Shown here piece by piece: positions 18,022-27,852 of a DNA stretch of 64,000 nt; within the stretch, counting starts at the first letter, position 1, and each line of letters begins with the position of its first letter. The stretch covers positions 175,788-239,787 of the forward strand of contig DJJA01000003.1 of the NCBI GenBank assembly GCA_002433895.1, given 5' to 3'. Made by a program: the position numbers and the translations under genes. A model generated the notes under the pieces. It made no database searches and was not told the origin of the DNA. It was given only the letters and a program-made list of their open reading frames with translations. This DNA is from Candidatus Gottesmanbacteria bacterium UBA6580 (lineage in GTDB: Bacteria; Patescibacteriota; Microgenomatia; UBA10105; UBA927).

Positions 18022-19251
18022 TTAGTTATTAAATGTTTTAGCTAAAACTGCTTGGGTTAGTTTTGATACCTTTGCTTCCGCGGCCTCAATTTGCTTTTCA
18101 ACTTTATCTGCAAGCTCAAAATAGCTTTTTACCCTTTTTACTATTTCCTTCTGTTCTTCCAGAATTGGAATTTCAATGGGCAAGTTTCTCAAATCCTCCA
18201 AGTTTATCCCTGTATATGCAACTCCCTTCTGTACGTTTGCTAGCCAATATTGTGAAACAGTTGACCCAATATAATATGCGATAAAATCTGGGAAAACTTT
18301 GCTTTTATCTACTGGGACTACTGCTACCTCGCGGGAAACGTTCCATCCCTTCATTTCAGTTGGGACAGCCACGACACCACCTAGCGTTCCACGCACGTTA
18401 ACCAATACCTCACCGCCCATTAGTATCGTCCTTGAGTAACTTGACGATAAAGTAGGTGAAATTCGTTTTAGTCCATTTAATTCAAAATTCAACCATCGGA
18501 CATTACTTGTTCTAAGACACGGAGTCCCATCTTCAATATGTTCTCCCAACTTAATCACACCATAACTTATACCTTTACCTTTTTCGCATAATTCACCCAA
18601 TGCTTTATTTGCCCATACACTATTTAAGTCTTTTATCGTTGACAGCTGTTTCTTCCGCCAATCCTCGGTAAGTTTTCCGGTAATCGCCGCAGTTAAAATT
18701 GCTTGACGAAAATTATTGAGCTGATTTTTAGCACTAGTTAACTTACTAGCAGTTTTATGGATTGAAATAATTTGGTTATTCAGTAAATCGGCAATTTTAT
18801 TTTGAGTTGTTACATCTGGCAACTTTATTGGGATTGTTTTCATTGCAGATTGTGTTAGTTTCAATCTGGTTGTACCTGCAACATAGTCACTAAAATCAAA
18901 ATAATCCAAGTAGTATTTAATAAACCGATTATTTGAAATATCTTTTCTTGCCCTTAAAACGTGTGCGTGATTATTTACCCAACTTTTGCCGTTGATTATG
19001 TACGCGATTGGCTTGGATTTATCCAAAAAGGGGGCGCCATCTTCGCCCAGAAGCACCAATTCCTCATCAAAAATATAATCGTTAATCCAACCTACCTGAC
19101 CTGTTGCTCCATAATAGGGTACCTCACCAATTCTTTTACTTCTGTCATTTGAGTTAATTGGCACCCTTTGGCCATCTAAAATATCAACACAATCTTTAAG
19201 TTGGTATTCCTTCCAACCATTGTTATTTAGTACCGTCTGTGAATTCTGCAT
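18022..19251 (-). CDS. hsdS: Type I restriction-modification specificity subunit HsdS
   Basis: Two target-recognition domains are separated by the conserved central helix (NKIADLLNNQIISIHKTASKLTSAKNQLNNFRQAILTAAITGKL). The C-terminal conserved repeat is present (LEEQKEIVKRVKSYFELADKVEKQIEAAEAKVSKLTQAVLAKTF). Confidence 0.85.
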   Translation of the reverse strand: MQNSQTVLNNNGWKEYQLKDCVDILDGQRVPINSNDRSKRIGEVPYYGATGQVGWINDYIFDEELVLLGEDGAPFLDKSKPIAYIINGKSWVNNHAHVLRARKDISNNRFIKYYLDYFDFSDYVAGTTRLKLTQSAMKTIPIKLPDVTTQNKIADLLNNQIISIHKTASKLTSAKNQLNNFRQAILTAAITGKLTEDWRKKQLSTIKDLNSVWANKALGELCEKGKGISYGVIKLGEHIEDGTPCLRTSNVRWLNFELNGLKRISPTLSSSYSRTILMGGEVLVNVRGTLGGVVAVPTEMKGWNVSREVAVVPVDKSKVFPDFIAYYIGSTVSQYWLANVQKGVAYTGINLEDLRNLPIEIPILEEQKEIVKRVKSYFELADKVEKQIEAAEAKVSKLTQAVLAKTFNN

Positions 19252-20644
19252 ATATTTTTTCCAAGCTATGTGTAGCTTCCTTTAGTTCAGACAGTACGCT
19301 TTTAATAAGTTCTTCAGGTTTGCCAATATCATCACCATTTTCAATATCTTCGTCTTTAATCCACTTAAAACCATCCAACTTGTAATGCTTTTCTTTAACC
19401 TGAGCGATGGTAAACATTTTCCAACGATTTTCTTTGGAGTCAGCTTCTTTACGCGGTGATTGACCATTAGGATTGTCGCCGTAACACTTTTCAAACCCCT
19501 CAAAATGTTTGTGGGTTAGCGGCCTATCTTTAACCGTTATTCCCGGTACATTAGTGCGCGCATCATAAATCCACACGTTTTCCGTGGGTATTCCTTTGGT
19601 AAAAAACACTACGTTGGCTTTAACACCTTGGCTATAAGGGGTAAACGTACCGTTAGGTAAACGTAAAATTGTGTGCAGGTTGCAATCCTGCATCAAAATC
19701 TTAAACACTTCTGCCGCTTGGTCGCCGAAAAGCACGTTGTCGGGCAGTACAACCGCCGCACGGCCTCCCGGTTTAAGGATGGTAAGGATATGTTGCGCGA
19801 AGTTTAGCTGTTTATTGCTTGTTGCAACGGTAAAGTCCTGCCGCTCCGGTACTTGGTTAGCCCCCTTAGTGCCAAATGGCGGGTTTGTCAGTACCACATC
19901 GTACCTGTCACCGCGGTCAGGCTCATAAATGCTGTCGCCTAATCGTATGTTGGAAATAATACCGTGCAGGTATAGGTTCATTAACGCTAACCTGCGTGGC
20001 CTTGCTACTAGCTCCGTGCCATAATAAGTTTTTTCCCTTATACGCTTAATGTCTTCGCGGTTAATTGCACCTTTGCTTTGGTGCATTAACCACTCATAGG
20101 CGCTTAACAAAAATCCACCTGTACCTGCGGCTGGGTCACATATCGTAAAGTCTTTTATTTCCCTTGGGTCGGGTTTCATTACATTGACTATTGCTTGGAT
20201 TAGGACACGGGGAGTGAAGTATTGCCCTGCGCCCTTTTTACCCTCGGCGGCTGATTTTTCTAGTAAACCCTCGTAGGCTTGGGCTTTAACATCAATGTTT
20301 AACCCCGACCAATCAATTTCATCAATAAGGTCAATCAAACGTTTAAGGTTTACTGGTTTGGTGAACTTAGATAGCGCTTCAACAAAAATCGCCCCAAGTA
20401 AACCTTCTTGTCGTGCTAAACCACGCAATAGCTCACTATAAAAATCAATTAACTCAGTGCCAGATTTGGATTTAAGCACTTCCCACGAGTACTTCTTAGG
20501 TATGTCTGCACCCTTTTCCTCCGCCATTTTCAAAAAAAGCAAATAGGTAAGTTGTTCCACATAGTCACCATAATCCATACCGTCGTGCCGGAGTACGTGG
20601 CAGTAACCCCATAATTTGTTAACAATGTTTGTATTAGTTTGCAT
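19223..20644 (-). CDS. hsdM: Type I R-M N6-adenine DNA methyltransferase HsdM
   Basis: LTNPPFGTK (NPPF motif IV), the SAM-binding motif CDPAAGTGGFL, and the HsdM N-terminal domain are present. Confidence 0.9.
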   Translation of the reverse strand: MQTNTNIVNKLWGYCHVLRHDGMDYGDYVEQLTYLLFLKMAEEKGADIPKKYSWEVLKSKSGTELIDFYSELLRGLARQEGLLGAIFVEALSKFTKPVNLKRLIDLIDEIDWSGLNIDVKAQAYEGLLEKSAAEGKKGAGQYFTPRVLIQAIVNVMKPDPREIKDFTICDPAAGTGGFLLSAYEWLMHQSKGAINREDIKRIREKTYYGTELVARPRRLALMNLYLHGIISNIRLGDSIYEPDRGDRYDVVLTNPPFGTKGANQVPERQDFTVATSNKQLNFAQHILTILKPGGRAAVVLPDNVLFGDQAAEVFKILMQDCNLHTILRLPNGTFTPYSQGVKANVVFFTKGIPTENVWIYDARTNVPGITVKDRPLTHKHFEGFEKCYGDNPNGQSPRKEADSKENRWKMFTIAQVKEKHYKLDGFKWIKDEDIENGDDIGKPEELIKSVLSELKEATHSLEKIYAEFTDGTK

Positions 20645-23336
20645 AGGCGTATACCTGTGGCATCGTCGTATTTAATTGGGTAATAAATGGCAACAATCTG
20701 TCGTCAAAATCCGCGTTAATACGCTTAAAACTTCCACCTAAATCTGTAAATATCGGCATTTCATCAAAGTCCTCCTTATCAATGGTTAAGTTTTCAGCCA
20801 AATGTAGTTTTATAAGCTCAATCCATTGTTCCTGTTTTTCATTTAACTTTTGTTTTCCAATAACCTTTTCAACCGCAAGGTCAACCCGTTCTTTGGCTGA
20901 CAATAACGGCTCGTCTTTGGCGGCGTGTTTGACCATTGAAATAATGTCTGCCAAGGGGTATTTATAAGCACGGCGCAAGTTGTCTTCAGTAAATCGCTCA
21001 GGTTGTTTGGATAGTGAGGTGCGCAATTCTGTTAAGGCTTTGGTATTCCACCCTTGGGGCTTACTTAACACAATGCTTATCGCCTCAATATGCTCGGGGT
21101 TATCTTTTACAAACCGCTCAAACTGTTTTAGGTAATCCTCAGGCTTTAGTTCGCGCCCGTCGGTGGTCCTAAAGACAAACTCGGATGTAACTGTGTCTTC
21201 CTGCTCAATCGCCCTTATAAAGCGTTTAGGCGGCCTTGGGTAGTTTTTAAGTAGGTCAATAAAGTTCGGGTCTGTCAGCGTCTTTAATGTGCCAACCCTA
21301 TCCTCACTCAACATATCCGGCAACTTTTTGGCAAACGCGCTTACATCCCCATCGGGTATAAAGTTGGCAAACATTTCCCGCCCTTCAGCGGTGGTATTTT
21401 TAGCAATGCGTTGCAGTCGTTTTACCAAACAGCGTGTGTTGTACTCAACCTCAATGTTGTCGTTTATAGCTTTTATAATTTCTTCAATACTTCTTGTTGG
21501 GTTGGTTGGTGTTACTTGGGTTATACCAGTGCTATTCTTAAATGCCTCAAGCAATGTTCCATCAAAACAATCAAACACGGTAAAGTGTGTTTTTGGCGGT
21601 GTTCCTAAACCGTTAGGGAAGTTTGTGCAAAGACGTGTACCGCGCCCAAGCATTTGCTCAAATAAGATACGGGACTTAACCGGCCGTAAAAACACGATGT
21701 TTTCAATTGAGGGTACATCAATACCGGTTGATAACATATCAACGGTAACTGCAATATGCGGTTCAGGTCTATTCCTAAACTCCTTTATGCGGGTTAATGG
21801 CCTATCCACGGTTGGTGAACCGGTAATTTTCTGTACAAAGGCATCCCCTCGGCCAAATGTATCGCGGCAAATATCAACTAACTGGTCGGCGTGTGAAGTA
21901 TGAGCTAAATCGTTATCAGCAAATATAAGCGTTTTGGGAAACCGGCCAAACTCCTTTTCCTGTTCCAAGGCATACTTAGCAAACTCCTGTATGATTTTGC
22001 GGTTGCTGTCTGGTGCTGTAATATCCCGTTCAACGTCAGCCACATCAAAATGTCGTTCGTCCTCCAATAAATCAAGTTGTTGTGCGCCGGTTTGTGTATC
22101 AACCTGTTCAACTTCCTCGCCTTCTTTTAGGGTAATGCCTTGTATGCGTACACCTGATGCTATCTTTACCGCGTCATAATCAACCAAATATCCATCTTGC
22201 ACAGCCCGCTCATAAGTGTAGCGGTATGCAATTTCCTTAAAGTAACTGGTGGTGTGGGCGGCAGGTGTAGCAGTTAAGCCTATCTTTGTGGCGTCAAAGT
22301 GGTCCAATACTCCGCGCCATTTACTTACTTCGTGGCTTGTATAACCCCTGTGGCACTCATCAGCAATAATCGTGTCAAACGCGTTAATCGGCATTTCAAT
22401 TTTGTCTGCATCATCATCTGGGTCGTAGTCGCCGCTATAACTAAACATACCCTCACGGCCATACAGGTTTATTTGCATCCGTTGGATGGTTGAAATATAC
22501 ACAAACACTTGGTTACCGTCAGGGTCAGTTAAATAGCCTGTGGGAATGACATTAAAATCAACCTTTTCATTGGCCTCAAAATCGTCTACCTTAAAACGTT
22601 GGCTATACACTTGGTAAATCTGGTTAAACTTTAGGCCGTTTTCGGCTTCATACGCGGCAAACTCCATTACTGCTTGGGCGGCAAGGGCTTTTCTGTCAAC
22701 CAAAAACAAAACGCGCTTACTAACACCGGACTTTAGCAGGCGGTAAACTAACGAGGCAATTGTGTAGGTTTTACCCGTACCGGTTGCCATAGCAATCAGC
22801 ATTGACCGTTTATTTTCAGTAATGTTTTTTTCAATCGCTGTTATAGCCTCACGTTGGTAGTGGCGGAGCTTACTATTGTTCGGTGGATTGGCAGTAAACC
22901 AACGTGCGTTACTTTGCGTGTCGCTAGTTAGGTACTCAATTAACGCTTTAGGCGTATGGAACTCCTGTACTTGGCGTGAGCGGCTTGGGGTAATGCGCAA
23001 ATCCTCATACCAAATAACTTCACCATTAGTGGAGTAAATAAACGGGACTGTTAAACCTTGTTGTTGTGCACCTTTAACATAACGATGGGCTTGCTGTAAG
23101 ACGTTTTGCGGACCAAGGCTTATCTTTTTTGCCTCAACAAACGCAATTAACTTACCATTTGCAAATAAGGCATAATCCGCCGGTCCGGTAGTGGTCATAT
23201 ATTCGGTAACCGCTACCTTATGCAAGGTTGAAGTATCCATCCCCTCCTTATAGGGGATTATCTTATCCCAACCAGCCTTTTTTAATTTATCGTCAATCCA
23301 CTTTTTACGAGTGGCTTGCTCGTCAATAATATCCAT
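20634..23336 (-). CDS. hsdR: Type I R-M restriction endonuclease/helicase subunit HsdR
   Basis: 900 aa. The N-terminal nuclease domain is followed by SF2 helicase motifs (MATGTGKTYT Walker A, DECHRG DEAH box). Confidence 0.9.
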   Translation of the reverse strand: MDIIDEQATRKKWIDDKLKKAGWDKIIPYKEGMDTSTLHKVAVTEYMTTTGPADYALFANGKLIAFVEAKKISLGPQNVLQQAHRYVKGAQQQGLTVPFIYSTNGEVIWYEDLRITPSRSRQVQEFHTPKALIEYLTSDTQSNARWFTANPPNNSKLRHYQREAITAIEKNITENKRSMLIAMATGTGKTYTIASLVYRLLKSGVSKRVLFLVDRKALAAQAVMEFAAYEAENGLKFNQIYQVYSQRFKVDDFEANEKVDFNVIPTGYLTDPDGNQVFVYISTIQRMQINLYGREGMFSYSGDYDPDDDADKIEMPINAFDTIIADECHRGYTSHEVSKWRGVLDHFDATKIGLTATPAAHTTSYFKEIAYRYTYERAVQDGYLVDYDAVKIASGVRIQGITLKEGEEVEQVDTQTGAQQLDLLEDERHFDVADVERDITAPDSNRKIIQEFAKYALEQEKEFGRFPKTLIFADNDLAHTSHADQLVDICRDTFGRGDAFVQKITGSPTVDRPLTRIKEFRNRPEPHIAVTVDMLSTGIDVPSIENIVFLRPVKSRILFEQMLGRGTRLCTNFPNGLGTPPKTHFTVFDCFDGTLLEAFKNSTGITQVTPTNPTRSIEEIIKAINDNIEVEYNTRCLVKRLQRIAKNTTAEGREMFANFIPDGDVSAFAKKLPDMLSEDRVGTLKTLTDPNFIDLLKNYPRPPKRFIRAIEQEDTVTSEFVFRTTDGRELKPEDYLKQFERFVKDNPEHIEAISIVLSKPQGWNTKALTELRTSLSKQPERFTEDNLRRAYKYPLADIISMVKHAAKDEPLLSAKERVDLAVEKVIGKQKLNEKQEQWIELIKLHLAENLTIDKEDFDEMPIFTDLGGSFKRINADFDDRLLPFITQLNTTMPQVYAYAN

Positions 23337-23350
23337 ACTTATTTTTATCT

Positions 23351-23548
23351 TTACTTTTTATTCTTATTTTCCTCAATGTAACGCTCAATGTCTTCCAATT
23401 TATAGCGCCTATCACCGACACCCCTGCGTGAACCAATACGGATGGAGGGCAATCGTCCTTCATTATCCCAGCGCCTTAATGTTTCGGGGTTTACGCCTAA
23501 AATATCAGCGGCTTGTTTAATTCTTAGTAGTTTAACGACCGGTTTCAT
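23351..23548 (-). CDS. Excisionase/MerR-family HTH DNA-binding protein
   Basis: LRIKQAADILGVNPETLRRWDNEGRLPSIRIG is typical of Xis/HTH_17 proteins. It ends 14 nt before the hsdR start. Confidence 0.6.
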   Translation of the reverse strand: MKPVVKLLRIKQAADILGVNPETLRRWDNEGRLPSIRIGSRRGVGDRRYKLEDIERYIEENKNKK

Positions 23549-23629
23549 AACTTACACATAATTATACATCGTCAGGCTTGTTTTTGCTCCTCCAAAATTC
23601 ACTTTTACTCCAGTAGACTGTCCTTCACT

Positions 23630-23827
23630 ATGAACTACAGGGATTTGATGGCGGAAGCACGGGCGATACATTTTGCTATGCACCACGGTAGCATTACCTA
23701 TGAGGAAGCACAGGTAAAAGTTAAGCCGGTTTTGGAAATACTAAATAGGAAGAATGCCAAGATAGCGAAAAGACACGGAGTAACCCCACGGAAGTTTACA
23801 TTCCAAAGCCTAGGACGAACTTTTTAG
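23630..23827 (+). CDS. Small hypothetical protein (65 aa)
   Basis: ORF only; divergent from the excisionase-like gene. Confidence 0.3.
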   Translation: MNYRDLMAEARAIHFAMHHGSITYEEAQVKVKPVLEILNRKNAKIAKRHGVTPRKFTFQSLGRTF

Positions 23828-24036
23828 AAAAACGTACTTAGGGATGTTTTTAATGCTTTGGCAATTTTTTCCAGCACCTCAAGGGATGGTGTGTACCTGC
23901 CTTGCTCAATATACCCCATATAAACACGACTGACATTAACTTTATCGGCTAAATCATTTTGGGTTAATCCGCACACCTTCCGCCTTTTTTGGATTTTTTT
24001 ACCTAGCACTTTTGGCAATCTGGCATTTTTCCGCAT
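23824..24036 (-). CDS. XRE-family HTH transcriptional regulator
   Basis: LTQNDLADKVNVSRVYMGYIEQGRYTPSLEVLEKIAKAL is a classic Cro/C1 HTH. ORF 23824..24072; the likely start is MRKN at 24036. Confidence 0.65.
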   Translation of the reverse strand: MRKNARLPKVLGKKIQKRRKVCGLTQNDLADKVNVSRVYMGYIEQGRYTPSLEVLEKIAKALKTSLSTFF

Positions 24037-24162
24037 ATTGTAATTGTGGAAAACGCATCGTCCATAATCCACTAAGCCAGACTAAGCATTTAGCCTTAAA
24101 AAGGGCTTGTTTTTATGCTAAGCATCATTTAGCATTATCTTATTGAGGCAAGGAGGTGAAAT

Positions 24163-24450
24163 ATGGACGTATTACTTAAAACAAGGTGTACCAAAGGCCA
24201 CTTAATCGTTTACGCAGATAAGGTTGCAATTGAAGCGCTTAAGCTACTTGGTTATCAACAATCAAACGCACTCGCCTACAAACAGATTACGGGAGTGGAA
24301 GTAAAAATGACCCAACCGGACATACTCGGCTTAGGACAAGCTACGGTAACTATCCATAGCGCTGGTGGCCAAACACTTATAGCTGACAGGGTAAAACTTA
24401 AGGATGCTAAGGAAGTTGAAAAACTAATCCAGGAACGAATTGCCAAATAA
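24163..24450 (+). CDS. Hypothetical protein (95 aa)
   Basis: ORF with RBS ggaggtg. No recognised domain. Confidence 0.35.
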   Translation: MDVLLKTRCTKGHLIVYADKVAIEALKLLGYQQSNALAYKQITGVEVKMTQPDILGLGQATVTIHSAGGQTLIADRVKLKDAKEVEKLIQERIAK

Positions 24451-24525
24451 TAGTGCGTAAATAAGCTCCATTCAATCGTATTCTTCGTCCGTTTTTCTTA
24501 TAATTGTCTTAATAAGGATAAAAAT

Positions 24526-25317
24526 ATGGATAAAAATGACCCTATCATTAGGGCGGAACTTGAGGAAATAAAAAATTGGCTAATAAAAAGTAGCGAGGTT
24601 GAAGTGGATGAAAAACAGGAATTGGTTGTTTCCATCGTTGCTTTAATTACAAACAAGCGGTTTCAACAAAACATACGACAATTACGGAAAAAATACCAAA
24701 TACCAAAGACTTGGTATACGACTGAAAAACAAAATGATTTATATGCTGAATACTTAAAACACTGCAAGGCACACCCCGACGCACCTACGATGCCGTACGA
24801 TGAACCAATTGTGAACCTGTGTAAAAGAATAGGCGTAGACGTAAAAAAGTACTCCGATTTTGTATTGGGCTATTTATACTACGGCTACGTTTTACCGCTT
24901 AAACCCGACCAAGTTGATTGGTATCAGCCGCTTTTTACAAAGGACGAGCATCGTTACAAAGCAAATATTGAGTTAGATTATGGGGACAGCACTGAGGAAA
25001 AGGAAGAAATGGAAATTAAAAAAGGCTATATACGATTTTACGGCGACACTACCCCCAATCAACTTACCCGCTTCATTAAGGATAATTGGCGGGGCATACA
25101 AGCTATCCAGTCACAACTTAAACCTTATCAGCACACGAAAAAACATAGTCAATTTAGGCGTGACATACTTATATATTTATTTCATTTGTTTGGGAATAAA
25201 TCGCCTGAAATAATGGATAAGATAGTCACAGACGAATTGAATTATCCCCTAGATTATGTTGAGGTACGGCAAATAATAAGTGATTTGAAAAATCGGATAA
25301 ACAAAATCCTTCCATAG
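24526..25317 (+). CDS. Hypothetical protein (263 aa)
   Basis: Long ORF in the island regulatory/replication module. No recognised domain. Confidence 0.4.
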   Translation: MDKNDPIIRAELEEIKNWLIKSSEVEVDEKQELVVSIVALITNKRFQQNIRQLRKKYQIPKTWYTTEKQNDLYAEYLKHCKAHPDAPTMPYDEPIVNLCKRIGVDVKKYSDFVLGYLYYGYVLPLKPDQVDWYQPLFTKDEHRYKANIELDYGDSTEEKEEMEIKKGYIRFYGDTTPNQLTRFIKDNWRGIQAIQSQLKPYQHTKKHSQFRRDILIYLFHLFGNKSPEIMDKIVTDELNYPLDYVEVRQIISDLKNRINKILP

Positions 25318-25536
25318 CTTCAGGTGTGAGTAAAACTCGTTAGGTTTTTCTTTATATTTTCCCCTCCATAAATCCGATACTGATGGTGTAAATCAGTATG
25401 GATAAACAGATAAACATCACCAATAAAGATAACAACATAACGCAAGCCGCAGAACAGTGGTTTAACCTTGCCCTAATGTTGATAAAGATTAAACGCCAAC
25501 AAAAGATGGCGCAATTAAAGATAAAGAATAACGACT

Positions 25537-25776
25537 ATGAGCACAGATAAAACTTTTCAAACTGATAACTTCTTATTAGCTACTTTCCTACTTAGTCAGT
25601 CGTGCAACCTCATTTCCATTGACCGCAGTAATGTTCGCCGTATGGTGTTTGCGTTTGAAAATAACTCCCGCCGAAAAACTTTAACTGAAGATTTTATGGC
25701 TTATAAAAGCGCCATTGAGCCACATAGGTTCTTTAGTGCACAGAAGGATTTACGCGCACTAATCCACCAAAGATAG
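25537..25776 (+). CDS. DUF5659-family small protein (common in phages/integrative elements)
   Basis: FQTDNFLLATFLLSQSCNLISIDRSNVRRMVFAFENN matches the DUF5659 N-terminal pattern (F.t.d..LA.fL...g..L..IDr.dp.r.vF.Fe). Confidence 0.45.
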   Translation: MSTDKTFQTDNFLLATFLLSQSCNLISIDRSNVRRMVFAFENNSRRKTLTEDFMAYKSAIEPHRFFSAQKDLRALIHQR

Positions 25777-25810
25777 GTTCAATCCAGTTGAATTAAAGAT
25801 AAAGATAAAA

Positions 25811-26242
25811 ATGAAAAATTACACGAAGATACCAAATGAAATATTAACTCAATCGCAACTTACCATACCAGCTAGGTACTTATACTGCGCATTGCTAAAG
25901 TATTGTGGCAATGACGATAAGTGTTTTCCAAGTCAGCAGACTTTAGGAAAAGACCTTGGAAGGACACCGCGATACGTTAGGGAATTACTAGGGGAACTTA
26001 TAAGCGCCGGTTTGGTTTATAAAAAAAGGCTGGGTTACAACAGGGCAAATACTTATACGGTATCCAAAGACTTAAAGACATACTGGAACCACGGTTCCTA
26101 TCATATCGGTACAGTATTTCCCCTCCATCAAGGAAATACAGTGCCAGATAAAAGTACTTATATAAAAGGAAAAGGTAAAAGGAGTATTAAGGGTTTGGAA
26201 AAAATGCGAAAAGCGTTAATTGAACAAAGGATTATTAAATAG
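25811..26242 (+). CDS. HTH_36-type winged-helix protein (replication-initiator/phage-regulator-like)
   Basis: IPARYLYCALLKYCGNDDKCFPSQQTLGKDLGRTPRYVRELLGELISAGLV is typical of PF13730. Confidence 0.5.
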   Translation: MKNYTKIPNEILTQSQLTIPARYLYCALLKYCGNDDKCFPSQQTLGKDLGRTPRYVRELLGELISAGLVYKKRLGYNRANTYTVSKDLKTYWNHGSYHIGTVFPLHQGNTVPDKSTYIKGKGKRSIKGLEKMRKALIEQRIIK

Positions 26243-26349
26243 GAGTTTACTTTTTATAAACGACTATTTACTATTGAATAATTAAGTATAATTAAATGTA
26301 ATACTATGAGGCAAGATATAAATTATAAATTATCCAACAAGGAGGAAAT

Positions 26350-27852
26350 ATGAAGGACGAAGTATATGTTTATATAAGGGTTTCAACGTCGGAGCAGGCA
26401 GACGAGGGGTTTTCTATTGATAACCAAAAACGAGCCTGTAAGGAGTTTTGCGAGGCACGAGGTTACCACATAAAGCGGATGTTTGTTGAGGATGGGCGAA
26501 GCGCTAGGACTACCGAAAGACCCGCTTTACAGGAAATGCTCAAGGCCTTGGTAGATACGCCAGTTGGCGCAATTGTTATTTATAAGATTGATAGATTTGC
26601 CCGTAACGTAACCGACTTTTCAAGGCTTTATAACGAGTTTAAGACAAAGGGAATACAGCTCATATCAGTAAGCGAGGGCAACTTAAGCGAGGGGACAAGT
26701 TTAGTGCCAAACATTTTTGCCAGTGTTGCGCAATGGGAGAGCGAAGTTAATAGTCAACGAACACGCGATGCGTTAATGCAAAAGTTTAGGGAAGGCTGGC
26801 AACCAACCCCACCCCCTATTGGGTATAGGAGTGTTGGCGCTGACAGGGAACGAAAAACTTGTGAACCAGACCCATACACTGCACCGATAATACGGGAGCT
26901 ATTTGAGCTATATTCAACCGGCAACTACTCAATTTATGAGTTACAAAATTGGTTAGCCGAACGGGATATTGTTAGTAAAACTGGCACACCCATAGGTCAC
27001 AGTGTAATTGGAACAATACTTAATAATCGGTTTTATTATGGTTGGATTAGCTGGCACGGTGAGGGGAAAACGGGCAAACATATGCCAATTATTAGTAAGG
27101 ACTTATTTGATACGTGCCAATATGTATTAGCAAAACACCGTAACTTCCTAACACGTAATCGCATTCACCAGTTTTTACTCCGCGGGTTCGTACACTGTGC
27201 TGAGTGTGGCCAACGATATACCGCGGAGTGGCATTTTAAGCCTAGATTTACTAAACGAAACGGCAAGATTGCTTATTACCATTGCCCCAAGATGAACCGC
27301 AATGGTTGCCCTGCGCCATACGTGGAGGTGGGTGATCTTGAAAAGTTGGTATTCGACACTGTAAAAGGTGTGCAATTTAGCCAAGATTTTATTGATGCTG
27401 TGGTTGATAAAGCGCGTAGATTTGTTGATGACAGTAGGAAGCGTGCAGGTGGCGATATGCAAGCGTGTATTAACCAGCGCACTGCACTTGAGTTTAAGCG
27501 CAACAAACTTGAAGACGCCTTACTAGATAACACGATTGACCGTACTGTTTTTAAGCGCAAGCACGATGAAATTGAAGCGCAGATTAGGTTAATTGACGAC
27601 CGAACACGCGAGATTGAAGCACAAAGTCACGTTGACATTAAACTTGTTGAGGACGTGCTTAACTTTACCCGCGATGTAGGCAGAACATACGACGAAGCGC
27701 CTGACTTTTTGAAACGACATTTTTTACGCTTCTTTTTTGAAAAGATAATGGTAAAAGATAAGAAGATAGCGGAAGTTATTTACACACCAATAATAGCGCC
27801 GTTAGTGGCAAACCACTCGGTTATAATAAAAAACCTTATGCTCCCCCGGTAG
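26350..27852 (+). CDS. Large serine recombinase (integrase)
   Basis: Resolvase catalytic domain (VYVYIRVSTSEQADEGFSIDNQ...IYKIDRFARN), recombinase domain, and a Zn-ribbon (CAECGQRYTAEWH...YYHCPKMNRNGC). 500 aa. The last 12 nt overlap the tRNA-Asn 3' end on the opposite strand. Confidence 0.9.
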   Translation: MKDEVYVYIRVSTSEQADEGFSIDNQKRACKEFCEARGYHIKRMFVEDGRSARTTERPALQEMLKALVDTPVGAIVIYKIDRFARNVTDFSRLYNEFKTKGIQLISVSEGNLSEGTSLVPNIFASVAQWESEVNSQRTRDALMQKFREGWQPTPPPIGYRSVGADRERKTCEPDPYTAPIIRELFELYSTGNYSIYELQNWLAERDIVSKTGTPIGHSVIGTILNNRFYYGWISWHGEGKTGKHMPIISKDLFDTCQYVLAKHRNFLTRNRIHQFLLRGFVHCAECGQRYTAEWHFKPRFTKRNGKIAYYHCPKMNRNGCPAPYVEVGDLEKLVFDTVKGVQFSQDFIDAVVDKARRFVDDSRKRAGGDMQACINQRTALEFKRNKLEDALLDNTIDRTVFKRKHDEIEAQIRLIDDRTREIEAQSHVDIKLVEDVLNFTRDVGRTYDEAPDFLKRHFLRFFFEKIMVKDKKIAEVIYTPIIAPLVANHSVIIKNLMLPR

